From Kiritimatiellia bacterium (GTDB lineage Bacteria; Verrucomicrobiota; Kiritimatiellia; CAIQIC01; Lenti-01), in NCBI GenBank assembly GCA_017458625.1, contig JAFTAH010000164.1, positions 37,883-101,882 of the forward strand: 64,000 nt of DNA. The letters are read 5' to 3'. Positions 18,085 through 27,483 of the stretch are shown piece by piece (the first letter of the stretch is position 1; every line of letters begins with the position of its first letter). A model generated the notes under the pieces. The model had not been told where the DNA came from, ran no database searches, and saw nothing but the letters and a program-made list of their open reading frames with translations. Position numbers and translations under genes: made by a program.

Positions 18085-21000
18085 ATGAACAAGAAGCTGA
18101 TGACCGCCGCCCTTTCCGTCCTGGCCGCGCTGGCCCCTGCCATCCAGGCGCAGAGCATCATTCTGCCGCATCCCCCGCCGATGCCGATTCCCGTCATCGT
18201 GCTACAGAACACGAACGAGACGCCCGTCACCATCCGCGAATGGTCGGTGGAGGCGACGGTCGAGGACCTCTATGCGCGGGTGACGACCACCATCGGCTTC
18301 TACAACCCCAACCCGCGCGTGCTAGAGGGCGAACTCAGCTTCCCGCTGCCCGATGGTGCGACGGTCTGCGGCTACGCGCTGGACATCAACGGCGCGATGG
18401 TCGACGCGGTCGCCGTCGAGAAGGAGGCCGCCCGGGTCGCCTTCGAGAGCGAGGTCCGCCGCGGCGTGGACCCCGGCCTCGTCGAACATGTCCGGGGCAA
18501 CGTCTTCAGCACCCGTGTCTACCCGCTTCCCGCCGAAGGCATGAGGACGGTTCGCGTCAGCTATGTCCACGCGCTCCCCTGCGCCGCCGACGGCTCGGCC
18601 GTCCTTGCGCTCCCGATGCCGCGCACGCCCCTCGCCAAGCGCGATATCACCATCGAGGTGGCCCGTGCCGATGAGGCTCCGGCCCCCGTCCTGGGCGGAC
18701 TGTCCTCGGCGCAGTTCGGCGAGGCGCAGCAGTTCTGGCGCGTCGAATCGCACGCCACCGACGTCGAGCCCGACGACGACCTCTCCGTCACGCTCCCGGC
18801 TCTGCCCGAGACCTCGGCCTTCCTCCAGCGCGACGCCGATGGTGCCCTCTGGGCCTCGATTTCCGCCGTCGCGCCCCACGCGACCACCCCGAACCTTCAC
18901 CAGTCCATTGCCGAGCTGACGCGCCCCCTGGCCATCTACTGGGACGCCTCCGCCTCCCACGCCGAGGCCAACCTCGACGCCGAGCTGGAGTTCCTGGGCC
19001 ACATGCCCCGCAACACCTGTACCCCGGTCATCGTGCGCCTGTTCCGCAACGACGGCTTCGAGCCCCCGCAGACCTACGAGACCCCCATCGACGCCGCCAA
19101 GGCCCTCCGCAAGGTCGACTACGACGGCGGTACCGCCCTCTCCCGCCTCGCCCCGCACCCCGACGACCTCGCCGCCCACGCGCGCATCCTCCTCTTCACC
19201 GACGGCCTCGACACCCTGGCCGGGCCTGACGCCCGTCCCGACTTCTCCGCCGTCCTGGGCGAGCCCGACGGCATCGTGGCGGTCGTTTCCTCCACCCAGG
19301 CCGACCGCGAACTGCTCCGCCAGGTCACGGGCGGCGCCCTCATCGACCTCCAGACCTGCACCTCCCGCGAGGCCATGGCCCAGCTCCTGAACCCGCCCGT
19401 CCGCGCCGTCGCCGTCGAGGGCGCGGAGTTCGCCGACCTCCAGGGACTGGCCGTGCCCGCCACGGGCCGCGTACGGCTCCTCGGCCGCCTCCACGTCGGC
19501 GTGACCGACAAGCCTGTCCTCTCCAACCCCATCCGCATTGCCTTCTCCGATGGCACCTTCTCCGACCCCATCCCCGTATCCCTCGTCACCGCCCGCACCG
19601 GCGACCTCCTCCCCCTCGCCTGGGCCGCCGCCCGCGTCGCGGAGCTCTCCGCCGCGCCCTCCGCCCATCACGCCGAGCTGCTCGCCCTTGGCCGCCGCCA
19701 TACCCTCGTCACACCGGCCACCAGCCTCCTCGTCCTCGACACCCTCGACCAGTGGGTCCGCTACCGCATCGAGCCCCCCGAAAGCCTCCCCGAGCTCCGC
19801 CAGCGCTACCGCGACGCCCTCAAGCGCCAGCCCCAGCCCGACCCCGAGGCCGACCGCCGCCGCCACCTCGACGCCCTCGCCAAGCTCTGGGGCGACCGCG
19901 TGAACTGGTGGCTCAACCCCGAAAAGCCCGCCTCCTCCGTCGGCCGCGGACGCCCCCTCCACGCCGACGACCCCGACTACGAACCCGAAGCCGAATATGC
20001 CTATGCCACTGACGGCATGCCCGCACCCGCTGCCGCCCGTCTCGCACCCTTTGTCGCCCGTGGCAACGTACGCCGCCGCGAATCCGCCGAGTTCCGCGCC
20101 AACGCCATGGTACTCGACGAGGCCGGCGTGGTCGGCGGCGTGGTCGCCGAAGAAATGGATCTCGCCGTCCACGCCATGAGCTCCGCCAAGGCCTCCTCCT
20201 CCGCCCCCTCCTCCGCCCCCGTCATCACCATCACACCCTGGGACCCCAAGGCCCCCTACCTCAAGAACCTGCGCGCCCGCAAGACCGCCAAGGCCCGCTA
20301 CAACGCCTACCTCAAGGAGCGCGCCAAGCCCGAAAACGCCTCCTCCCCCGCGTTCTTCCTCGACTGCGCCACCGTCCTCTTCGAAGCCGGCGACACCGCC
20401 GCCGCCGTCCGCGTCCTCTCCAACCTCGCCGAGCTCAAGCTCGACAGCCCGCCGCTCCTCCGCGTCCTCGCCTGGCGCCTCCAGCAGGCCGGGGCCCTCG
20501 ATGACGCCATCGCCCAGCTCCGCCGCGTCGCCGACCTCCGCCCCGAGGAGCCCCAGTCCTTCCGCGACCTCGCCACCGCCCTCATCCAGCGCGGCACCCC
20601 CGAGGACCTCGAAGAGGCCGCCGACCTCCTTGTCAAGGTCGCCACCACGCCCTGGAACCGCCACGCCGACACCATCCCGCTCTTCGCCCTCGAGGAGCAC
20701 AACGCCCTCCGCGCCCTCCACGCCGACGCCCTTCCCGCAGAATCCTCGCTCCCGCCCGACCTCGCCACCAACCTCGACCTCGACCTCCGCATCGTCCTCA
20801 CCTGGGATGCCGACGCCACCGACATCGACCTCCACGTCATCGACCCCACCGGCGAGGAGGCCTACTACGGCCACAACCGCACCACCGCCGGCGGCCTCGT
20901 CTCCCGCGACATCACCGACGGCTATGGCCCCGAGGAGTTTCTCCTCCGCCATGCGCCCGCCGGCGAATACCACATCTACGCCAAGTACTACGGCTCGCAC

Positions 21001-21156
21001 CAGCAGACCCTGACCGGCCCCGTGACCGTCACCGCCACTGTCTACACCGACTGGGGCCGTCCCGCCCAGCAGCGCCAGCTCCTCACCCTCCGCCTCGACA
21101 AGCAGAAGGACTACCTCGAGGTCGGCCGCATCACCATCGACGCCCCCGCCAAGTAG
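18085..21156 (+). CDS. Secreted VIT-domain protein with TPR region and C-terminal DUF2135
   Basis: Signal peptide MNKKLMTAAL..; FYNPNPRVLEGELSFPLPDGATVCGYALD (VIT); DLRIVLTWDADATDIDLHVIDP..DITDGYGPEEF (DUF2135). Confidence 0.85.
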   Translation: MNKKLMTAALSVLAALAPAIQAQSIILPHPPPMPIPVIVLQNTNETPVTIREWSVEATVEDLYARVTTTIGFYNPNPRVLEGELSFPLPDGATVCGYALDINGAMVDAVAVEKEAARVAFESEVRRGVDPGLVEHVRGNVFSTRVYPLPAEGMRTVRVSYVHALPCAADGSAVLALPMPRTPLAKRDITIEVARADEAPAPVLGGLSSAQFGEAQQFWRVESHATDVEPDDDLSVTLPALPETSAFLQRDADGALWASISAVAPHATTPNLHQSIAELTRPLAIYWDASASHAEANLDAELEFLGHMPRNTCTPVIVRLFRNDGFEPPQTYETPIDAAKALRKVDYDGGTALSRLAPHPDDLAAHARILLFTDGLDTLAGPDARPDFSAVLGEPDGIVAVVSSTQADRELLRQVTGGALIDLQTCTSREAMAQLLNPPVRAVAVEGAEFADLQGLAVPATGRVRLLGRLHVGVTDKPVLSNPIRIAFSDGTFSDPIPVSLVTARTGDLLPLAWAAARVAELSAAPSAHHAELLALGRRHTLVTPATSLLVLDTLDQWVRYRIEPPESLPELRQRYRDALKRQPQPDPEADRRRHLDALAKLWGDRVNWWLNPEKPASSVGRGRPLHADDPDYEPEAEYAYATDGMPAPAAARLAPFVARGNVRRRESAEFRANAMVLDEAGVVGGVVAEEMDLAVHAMSSAKASSSAPSSAPVITITPWDPKAPYLKNLRARKTAKARYNAYLKERAKPENASSPAFFLDCATVLFEAGDTAAAVRVLSNLAELKLDSPPLLRVLAWRLQQAGALDDAIAQLRRVADLRPEEPQSFRDLATALIQRGTPEDLEEAADLLVKVATTPWNRHADTIPLFALEEHNALRALHADALPAESSLPPDLATNLDLDLRIVLTWDADATDIDLHVIDPTGEEAYYGHNRTTAGGLVSRDITDGYGPEEFLLRHAPAGEYHIYAKYYGSHQQTLTGPVTVTATVYTDWGRPAQQRQLLTLRLDKQKDYLEVGRITIDAPAK

Positions 21157-21220
21157 CCCCCGCAGCCATCACAGTTTCCGGTTGCGCCCGCCGTCCCGCC
21201 CATGCTACAAACCCAGCATC

Positions 21221-21688
21221 ATGAAAAAAGCCTTTGCCTTCGTCCTGCTTTCGCTGGTGGTCATCCTCTCCGGCTGCGTCTCCGCCCAGGAATGGCGCGA
21301 CCGCCGCGCCCAGGAGCATCCCGAATGGCTGGAAGGCCTGTCCGCGGCCGACCAGGCGCGCATTCTCGGCGGCCATATCGCCATCGGCGACAGCTCCGGG
21401 GCAGTCTGGATCGCCCTGGGCACACCTAGCCACACCGCGCTCCAGGCTTCCGCCAACTCCACCAACGTCGTCTGGAGCTACACCGAGATGGAAACCTATC
21501 TCGCCGGCACCCATACGTACATCGTTCACGATTATCCTCCGCCTCCTCCCCGCCGCCACCACCATCACCGTCCCCCTCCCCCGCCCCCCGCCATCCAGAC
21601 CGTCAACACCTATGCCGAACGCGAGGTCGAACGCCTCTCCGTCACCTTCGTCGACGACCACGTGGTCTCGCTCACCACCGCCCGGTAG
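21221..21688 (+). CDS. Hypothetical lipoprotein
   Basis: MKKAFAFVLLSLVVILSGC lipobox; poly-Pro/His tract. Confidence 0.8.
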   Translation: MKKAFAFVLLSLVVILSGCVSAQEWRDRRAQEHPEWLEGLSAADQARILGGHIAIGDSSGAVWIALGTPSHTALQASANSTNVVWSYTEMETYLAGTHTYIVHDYPPPPPRRHHHHRPPPPPPAIQTVNTYAEREVERLSVTFVDDHVVSLTTAR

Positions 21689-21709
21689 GCCCGCCGTTCC
21701 GCAGAGGTC

Positions 21710-22171
21710 ATGGCGAACTGGATTCTAGGCATGGGACGCCGCGAAAGCGGCGACGATGCGGCTGGAGTCGTGTTCGCCCAAACCTTTCGCGCCCCGTCCT
21801 GGCGCACGGCGGACGTCGGCACCGTCCCGGAAAATGCAGGCGGCTATATCCGGCGCGACCCGGGCGGCACGGTGGTGCTCGTGGACGCCGTCGACCTCGG
21901 ACTGGCCCCGGGCAGTGTCCGGCGCGTCCGCGCGGACGACCTCGAATCGGCCGGCTTCGGCACCCATGCCCCCGACCCCTCCATGCTCGAAGCCTACCTG
22001 AAAGCGGCTGGTGCCCATGACGTCGCCTGGATTGGCATCCAGGTGGCATCGCTTGCCCGGCCCGGCCTCTCTCGTCCCGTCAAGGACGCCTTGCGCCGCC
22101 TGGCGCGCACCCTCGCCCCGGGCCCCGCCGCCCTCGCCACTCTCCCCTGGTGGTCCCCCGCCCTCGAATAG
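21710..22171 (+). CDS. Hydrogenase maturation protease-like (HyaD/HycI family)
   Basis: ILGMG..GDDAAG, VLVDAVD, THA-like motif. Confidence 0.7.
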   Translation: MANWILGMGRRESGDDAAGVVFAQTFRAPSWRTADVGTVPENAGGYIRRDPGGTVVLVDAVDLGLAPGSVRRVRADDLESAGFGTHAPDPSMLEAYLKAAGAHDVAWIGIQVASLARPGLSRPVKDALRRLARTLAPGPAALATLPWWSPALE

Positions 22172-22219
22172 AAGCCTCCACCCCGCCCTTCTGTCTCCTC
22201 CCGCAAGCTCTCGCCCCCC

Positions 22220-22332
22220 CCAGGAACCCGACACCACGGGAATCCGGAATCCGGAAACCCGAGTCTCTCGCCCCCCCACTTTTGGGCCCCAAAAATCCTG
22301 TGAGTTTACGGGAAAACAAAGGCTTTTTTGCG
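22220..22332 (+). repeat. CCGG 7/8-mer array followed by the TGTGAGTTTACGG motif
   Basis: CCAGGAAC CCGACACC ACGGGAAT CCGGAAT CCGGAAAC CCGAGTCT; TGTGAGTTTACGGGAAAACA at 22299-22318; same layout at 34939-35094. Confidence 0.6.
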
Positions 22333-22404
22333 TTTTTGCGAAATGATGGCCCCTGCCCGGCAAGGGGGCACTCCGTGCGGCTTGCCGCTCCCACAGAGGC
22401 AGCG

Positions 22405-23286
22405 CTAGAACGACGAGGAGGCCCGGTGGAGCGTCTGGCGCTCCTCGCGGGTGAGCGACTGGATGCCTTCCCGCGTGATCTTGTCGAGAATGCGGTCGAC
22501 CTCCGCCTGGTCCGGCGGCGGCGCAGAGCGCTCGGACGGCGACTGGTAGGGCGTGTGCGGCCGCTGCCTGAAGTAGTCCCGCACCCACGCCAGCGCCTTG
22601 CGGCAGAAGGCCGACTCGTAGAGCCGGTCGATGTAGAGGAACCCCGCCAGCGCCCCGAAGAAATGCGCCGCGTTGGCGACGCCGCCGCCCGTCGGGATCA
22701 TCAGGAACTCCAGGATGGCCAGGCCGAGCATCATCTTCCACGCCTCGGCCGTGACGGGGAAGAGGAAGATGAAGACCGTCAGCCGCCGCCCCGGGAAGAG
22801 CGTCGCGAACGCTCCCATCACGCCGAAGATGGCCCCGGAGGCCCCCACGCAGATGATGCCGGACTGGTTCGCCGGGGCCAGCCACGCCCAGCCGAGCCCC
22901 CCGAGCACCCCGGAGAGGAGGTACATCGCCAGGAAATGCCGGCTGCCCATCGAGCGCTCCGTCTCCGGCCCGAGGAAGACGAGCGTCAGCATGTTCAGCA
23001 AAATGTGCATGAACCCGCCGTGCAGGAACATGTAGGTCAGCGGCTGCCAGTAGTAGTGGTGGGCCAGCCCCAAGCGCGACAGGGCAAACCCCGTGTAGAG
23101 CTGCGCCAGGAACGAGGAGCCGAAAAGCCCCCCCAGCCAGAACAGCAGGAAGAGCACCACGTTCGCCTTCAGCAACCAGGCGGTCACGGGCGGCAGCCCG
23201 TCCAGCATCCGCGACAGGCGGTCGAACGGCGAAATGGGCGGGAACGGCGAGCGCGACGGCCCGCGCTGATAGTAGGTGGGGCTCAT
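22405..23286 (-). CDS. Rhomboid family intramembrane serine protease
   Basis: WQPLTYMFLHGGFMHILLNM, VGASGAIFG, AHFFGALAG; C-terminal EVDRILDKITREGIQSLT. Confidence 0.92.
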   Translation of the reverse strand: MSPTYYQRGPSRSPFPPISPFDRLSRMLDGLPPVTAWLLKANVVLFLLFWLGGLFGSSFLAQLYTGFALSRLGLAHHYYWQPLTYMFLHGGFMHILLNMLTLVFLGPETERSMGSRHFLAMYLLSGVLGGLGWAWLAPANQSGIICVGASGAIFGVMGAFATLFPGRRLTVFIFLFPVTAEAWKMMLGLAILEFLMIPTGGGVANAAHFFGALAGFLYIDRLYESAFCRKALAWVRDYFRQRPHTPYQSPSERSAPPPDQAEVDRILDKITREGIQSLTREERQTLHRASSSF

Positions 23287-23627
23287 GGCGGACATTCTCC
23301 CAGGAGGGCGGCCAGGGCGACCGTGGCATGGAACTGGTCGAGGGCGGTCACGTAGATGGCGATGCCCTCCTTCTGGGCGGCGGCGCGCATGTCGTCGGGG
23401 ATGGGCCGCGACGAGCAGATCAGCAGCGCCCGGATGTCGGCGACGAGGCACACGGCCACCGTCGTGGCGTGCGCCTGGATGGTCACCAGCACCGAGTCTC
23501 CTGGCGCATTGCCCATCACGTCGCTCAGCAAATCCGACGTGAACCCCGCCGTCACCTCCGGCTTCCCCTCGCCCGCCGCCACCTCGCAGCGCGTCCGAGG
23601 AATCTTCTCCAGCTCCGCAATCTTCAT
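23283..23627 (-). CDS. DRTGG-domain protein
   Basis: GFTSDLLSDVMG..VLVTIQAH..VAVCLVADI pattern. Confidence 0.75.
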   Translation of the reverse strand: MKIAELEKIPRTRCEVAAGEGKPEVTAGFTSDLLSDVMGNAPGDSVLVTIQAHATTVAVCLVADIRALLICSSRPIPDDMRAAAQKEGIAIYVTALDQFHATVALAALLGECPP

Positions 23628-23636
23628 GGCGGTCCC

Positions 23637-25295
23637 CTAGCCGAGCTTCACGATGGGGCGGTCGTAGCCTTCCGGCGTGGCGAAGCCCATCAGGTTCAGG
23701 CAGGTGGCGGTCAGCGACGAGATGCCCAGGCCTTCCACGTCGTCGGCGAGATGCACCTGGTTCTCGCGGCCCGGCGCCCAGACGATGGCGGGGACCGGAT
23801 TCAGCGAATGTGCCGTCCGCGCCTTGGGCTTGCCGTCGGCGCCCAGCTTGACGGAGCCGTCCTTCGCGTGCTCATACATGTCGTCGCTGTTGCCGTGGTC
23901 GGCGCTGACGACCAGGATGCCGCCCGCCTTCTCCACCGCCGGCAGCAGCCGCGCCAGCGCGAGGTCCACCGCCTCCATGGCGATGTGCACCGCGTCGAAG
24001 ACGCCCGTGTGGCCCACCATGTCGCCGTTGGGATAGTTGACGCGGATGAACCCGTACTTCCCGCTCGGAATCGCCTCCAGCAGCTTGTCGGTGATCTCGG
24101 CGCTCTTCATCCACGGTCGCTCCTCGAACGGCACGATGTCCGACGGCACCTCGACGTAGTCCTCCAGCTCCCCGCTGAACTTCTCGGCGCGGTTGCCGTT
24201 GAAGAAGTAGGTGACGTGGCCGTACTTCTGCGTCTCGCTGATGGCCAGCTGGCGCACGCCCGCGTCGGCCAGGTATTCGCCAATCGTCCGCGTGATGCGC
24301 GGCGGCTCCACGAGGAACCGCTTCGGAATCCCCGCGTCCCCGTCATACTGCATCATGCCCGCGAACAGCACGTCCGGCCGCCGCCCCCGGTCGAACCCCT
24401 TGAACTCGTCGCCCTGCTCGAACGCCTTCGACAGCTCGATGGCCCGGTCGCCGCGGAAGTTGAACAGCACCACGCTGTCGCCATCGCCGATGGGGCCCAG
24501 CGGCTGGCCGTCCTTGGCGACGACGAACGCGGGCAGATCCTGGTCGAGCACGCCGGGAATCTCGGCGCGGTAGGTCTCGATGGCGGCCTCGGCGGAGGCG
24601 AACTGCCGCCCCTCGCCGCGCACATGGCATGCCCAGCCGCGCGCCACCATGTCCCAGTTGGCCTCGTAGCGGTCCATCGTGATGTTCATGCGGCCGCCGC
24701 CCGACGCGATGGCGTAGTCGACGCCCGCCTTCCCGTTGAGCTCCGCCAGGAACGCCTCGAAGGGGCGCACGTAGTCCAGGGCCGAGGTCGGCGGCACGTC
24801 GCGCCCGTCGATGAGCGCGTGGATGCGGACCCGCTTCACGCCCTCCTTGGCGGCCTGCTGCAGCATGCCCTTGAGGTGGTCGAGGTGGCTGTGCACGTTG
24901 CCGTCGCTCAGCAGCCCGATGAAATGCAGCGTCGTCCCCTTGCCCTTCACGTTCGCGACGAGCTCCTGCCACGTCTTCCCCTCGAACATCGACCCGCTTT
25001 CGACTGCCTTCCCCACCAGTGCCGCGCCCTGGTCGTAGACCCGCCCGCAGCCGATGGCGTTGTGGCCGATTTCGCTGTTGCCCATGTCCGCGTCGCTGGG
25101 CATCCCCACCGCACGCCCATGCGCCTTCAGCTGCGTGTAGACCCCATGCTCCTTGAGCCACGCCAGCGTGGGCATCGACGCCGAACGCACGTAATCCCCT
25201 TCGACATATTTCCCGATGCCCACCCCGTCCATGATGACCAGCACCACAGGCCTGGCCCCCTCGAATCCCTGCAAACGTTCCAGCTTCAAGCTCAT
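23637..25295 (-). CDS. gpmI: 2,3-bisphosphoglycerate-independent phosphoglycerate mutase
   Basis: LVIMDGVG, MGNSEIGHNAIG, LLSDGNVHSH, FNFRGDRA, SETQKYGHVTYFFNG, NGDMVGHTG, SADHGN. Confidence 0.97.
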   Translation of the reverse strand: MSLKLERLQGFEGARPVVLVIMDGVGIGKYVEGDYVRSASMPTLAWLKEHGVYTQLKAHGRAVGMPSDADMGNSEIGHNAIGCGRVYDQGAALVGKAVESGSMFEGKTWQELVANVKGKGTTLHFIGLLSDGNVHSHLDHLKGMLQQAAKEGVKRVRIHALIDGRDVPPTSALDYVRPFEAFLAELNGKAGVDYAIASGGGRMNITMDRYEANWDMVARGWACHVRGEGRQFASAEAAIETYRAEIPGVLDQDLPAFVVAKDGQPLGPIGDGDSVVLFNFRGDRAIELSKAFEQGDEFKGFDRGRRPDVLFAGMMQYDGDAGIPKRFLVEPPRITRTIGEYLADAGVRQLAISETQKYGHVTYFFNGNRAEKFSGELEDYVEVPSDIVPFEERPWMKSAEITDKLLEAIPSGKYGFIRVNYPNGDMVGHTGVFDAVHIAMEAVDLALARLLPAVEKAGGILVVSADHGNSDDMYEHAKDGSVKLGADGKPKARTAHSLNPVPAIVWAPGRENQVHLADDVEGLGISSLTATCLNLMGFATPEGYDRPIVKLG

Positions 25296-25334
25296 TTTCA
25301 GCTCCTATTCCTTGCCGTCTTTCCGGCGCGCCGC

Positions 25335-25363
25335 ATTATGCCGCCCCACCCCCTCCTCTGCAA
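25335..25363 (-). promoter_or_regulatory. sigma70-type promoter for gpmI
   Basis: TTGCAG-17 bp-CATAAT on the minus strand. Confidence 0.55.
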
Positions 25364-25399
25364 TCCCGTTTTCATGCCGGAGACGATCGACCCCGCCCC

Positions 25400-25456
25400 C
25401 TGGAAAACCTAGAGATCTCGTCATCTAGGATTCTAGACTTCTAGGATTCCAGGTTT
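25400..25456. repeat. 8-bp-period CTAG array
   Basis: CTAG 25409, CTCG 25417, CTAG 25425/25433/25441, CCAG 25449. Confidence 0.85.
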
Positions 25457-25475
25457 TTTCCCCCCTCCCCTCGGC

Positions 25476-26441
25476 CTAGGAAACCTGGTTGCGGGGGGTG
25501 CCGTCGAGCCAGGCGCGCAGGTTGGCGGCGGCTTCGTCGATGAGACGGATGCGGGCGGCCCGGGTGGCCCAGGCGAGATGCGGGGAGAGGACGACGTGTG
25601 GGGCGGACAGCAACGGATTGTCCGGGGGCGGCGGCTCGGCGGAAAGGACGTCGGCCCCAAAGCCGGCGAGCTGGCCGGCGCGGAGGGCGGCGGCGACGGC
25701 CGCCTCGTCGATGACGCCGCCACGCGAGGTGTTGAGCAGGAACGCGCCGGGCTTCATGGTGCCGAGCCGGGCGACGTCGGCCAGGTGCGCGGTCTCCGGC
25801 GTAAGCGGACAATGGAGACTGACGACATCGCTGGCGGCAAACACCTCGTCCAGGGAGGCCCAGCGCACGCCGGGGCCGGGGTCGCCGGCAGGATGGCGGC
25901 GGTAAGCCAGAACGGACATGCCGAAGGCGGTCGCGATGCGGGCGACGGCCTGGCCGATGGCTCCATAGCCGACGATGCCCAGGGTGCGCCCGGCCAGCTC
26001 GACCTGCGGCGAAAGCCAGTAGCAGTAGTCGGGATTGCGCGACCAGCCGCCCGCCGCGACATCACGGGCGTGGGTGCCGGCCGCATTGGTAAGCTCGAGC
26101 AACAGGGCCCAGGTCTGCTGGGCGACCGCCATCGTGGCGTAGCCCGGCACGTTGCAGACGACGATGCCGCGGGCGCGGGCAGCCGCCAGGTCGATGGTGT
26201 TGTAGCCGGTCGCCAAGATGCCGACGAACTTCAGGCGCGGCGCGGACTCGATGGCCGCCGCGTCCAGGACGGCCTTGTTGAGGAAGGCCACATCGGCCTC
26301 GCGAACCCGGGCGGCCACTTCGACCCCGGGGGCGCTACGCGGCCAGACCGTCAGGTCGACGAGCGCTTCGAGCGCGGCCCAGGAGAGATCGCCGGGATTG
26401 GTGGCATAGCCGTCGAGGACGACACCCGTGAGCCTGGTCAT
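25476..26441 (-). CDS. D-2-hydroxyacid dehydrogenase (glycerate dehydrogenase/HprA type)
   Basis: LDGYATNPGDLSW, GIVGYGAIG, SLHCPLT, LNTSRG, SPHLAW. Confidence 0.92.
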   Translation of the reverse strand: MTRLTGVVLDGYATNPGDLSWAALEALVDLTVWPRSAPGVEVAARVREADVAFLNKAVLDAAAIESAPRLKFVGILATGYNTIDLAAARARGIVVCNVPGYATMAVAQQTWALLLELTNAAGTHARDVAAGGWSRNPDYCYWLSPQVELAGRTLGIVGYGAIGQAVARIATAFGMSVLAYRRHPAGDPGPGVRWASLDEVFAASDVVSLHCPLTPETAHLADVARLGTMKPGAFLLNTSRGGVIDEAAVAAALRAGQLAGFGADVLSAEPPPPDNPLLSAPHVVLSPHLAWATRAARIRLIDEAAANLRAWLDGTPRNQVS

Positions 26442-26459
26442 GACCCCTCCTCCCCTGCC

Positions 26460-27203
26460 CTACTTGCGGCGGCCCATGAGCCGCAGGAGATACAGGAAGA
26501 GATTGATGAAGTCGAGGTAGAGCGAGAGGCTGCCCATGAGGGCGACCTTCCGGAGGTCGGAGGCCTCCATGGCGACGGCCGCCTCGACCTCCTGCCGAAT
26601 CTTCTGGGCATCGTACGCCGAGAGCCCGACGAAGATGAGCACGCCGGCGATGGAGACAATCCAGTCGAGCACGCTGCTCTTGAGGAAGATGTTGACCACG
26701 CCGGCGATGATCAGGCCGATGAGCGCCATCAGCAGATAGCCGCCCAGGGAGGAGAGATTGGCCTTGGTGACGTGGCCGACAAGGGCCATCGTGCCGAACA
26801 TCGCCCCCGCGATGAAGAAGGTGGAGGAGATGCTGGCGGCGGTATACACCAGGAAAATCGTGCAGAGCGTCACCCCGTTGATGGCGGAGTAGAGGAGGAA
26901 GCCCGCGAGCGCGGTTCCATAGGAGATGCGGCCGATGGCCGAGGAGAGGGCGAACACCAAGACCAGCTCGATGCCCATCAGCACGAAGAAAGGCCACCCG
27001 AGCAACATTCTCACCAAGGCCGTGTTGCCGGCCACCCAGTAGGCGACGAGACCCGTGATGGCGAGCGCCCCGGTCATCCAGAGATAGACCGAGGAAATGG
27101 TCGCACCCACGCGGGCCTGAAGTTCCGCTTCGTCCATCGGCCGGCTCTGGAGCTGGCCCCATCCATCGAGTTCGTTATTCATGACGGGAACAGCATCGGC
27201 CAT
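26460..27203 (-). CDS. Bax inhibitor-1/YccA family membrane protein
   Basis: VYLWMTGAL, AYDAQKIR, LSLYLDFINLFLYLLRLMG. Confidence 0.92.
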   Translation of the reverse strand: MADAVPVMNNELDGWGQLQSRPMDEAELQARVGATISSVYLWMTGALAITGLVAYWVAGNTALVRMLLGWPFFVLMGIELVLVFALSSAIGRISYGTALAGFLLYSAINGVTLCTIFLVYTAASISSTFFIAGAMFGTMALVGHVTKANLSSLGGYLLMALIGLIIAGVVNIFLKSSVLDWIVSIAGVLIFVGLSAYDAQKIRQEVEAAVAMEASDLRKVALMGSLSLYLDFINLFLYLLRLMGRRK

Positions 27204-27298
27204 TTTCGGCGTTTCGTCAAGCAGTTTGGCCCAGCATGCGCGCTCGGAAGGGACAGCGCGTAGCGTGGCCGGACCAAGGGTCCCGGACGCGGCGCAAT

Positions 27299-27368
27299 GG
27301 CTGCGTCAGTTTCGTGAATTTTCTAGAAAATCTAGAAAACTTGGATTCTAGAAGTCTAGAATTACAGG
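27299..27368. repeat. GCTGYGTCAGTTTCGTG leader plus 8-bp-period CTAG array
   Basis: CTAG 27323/27332, CTTG 27340, CTAG 27348/27356, ACAG 27364. Confidence 0.8.
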
Positions 27369-27446
27369 GTTTGTCGCCATCGGCGCACGAGGGTTCGAGG
27401 GGGGGGCTGGGGTTTGCGGGCGGCGGGCGGAGGAGCGCGATTTGGG

Positions 27447-27476
27447 TTGAAGGGGAAGGCGGGACGGGGCTATCTT
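27447..27476 (+). promoter_or_regulatory. sigma70-type promoter, probably leaderless
   Basis: TTGAAG-18 bp-TATCTT; ATG follows 7 nt later with no SD. Confidence 0.4.
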
Positions 27477-27483
27477 GCGGGCG

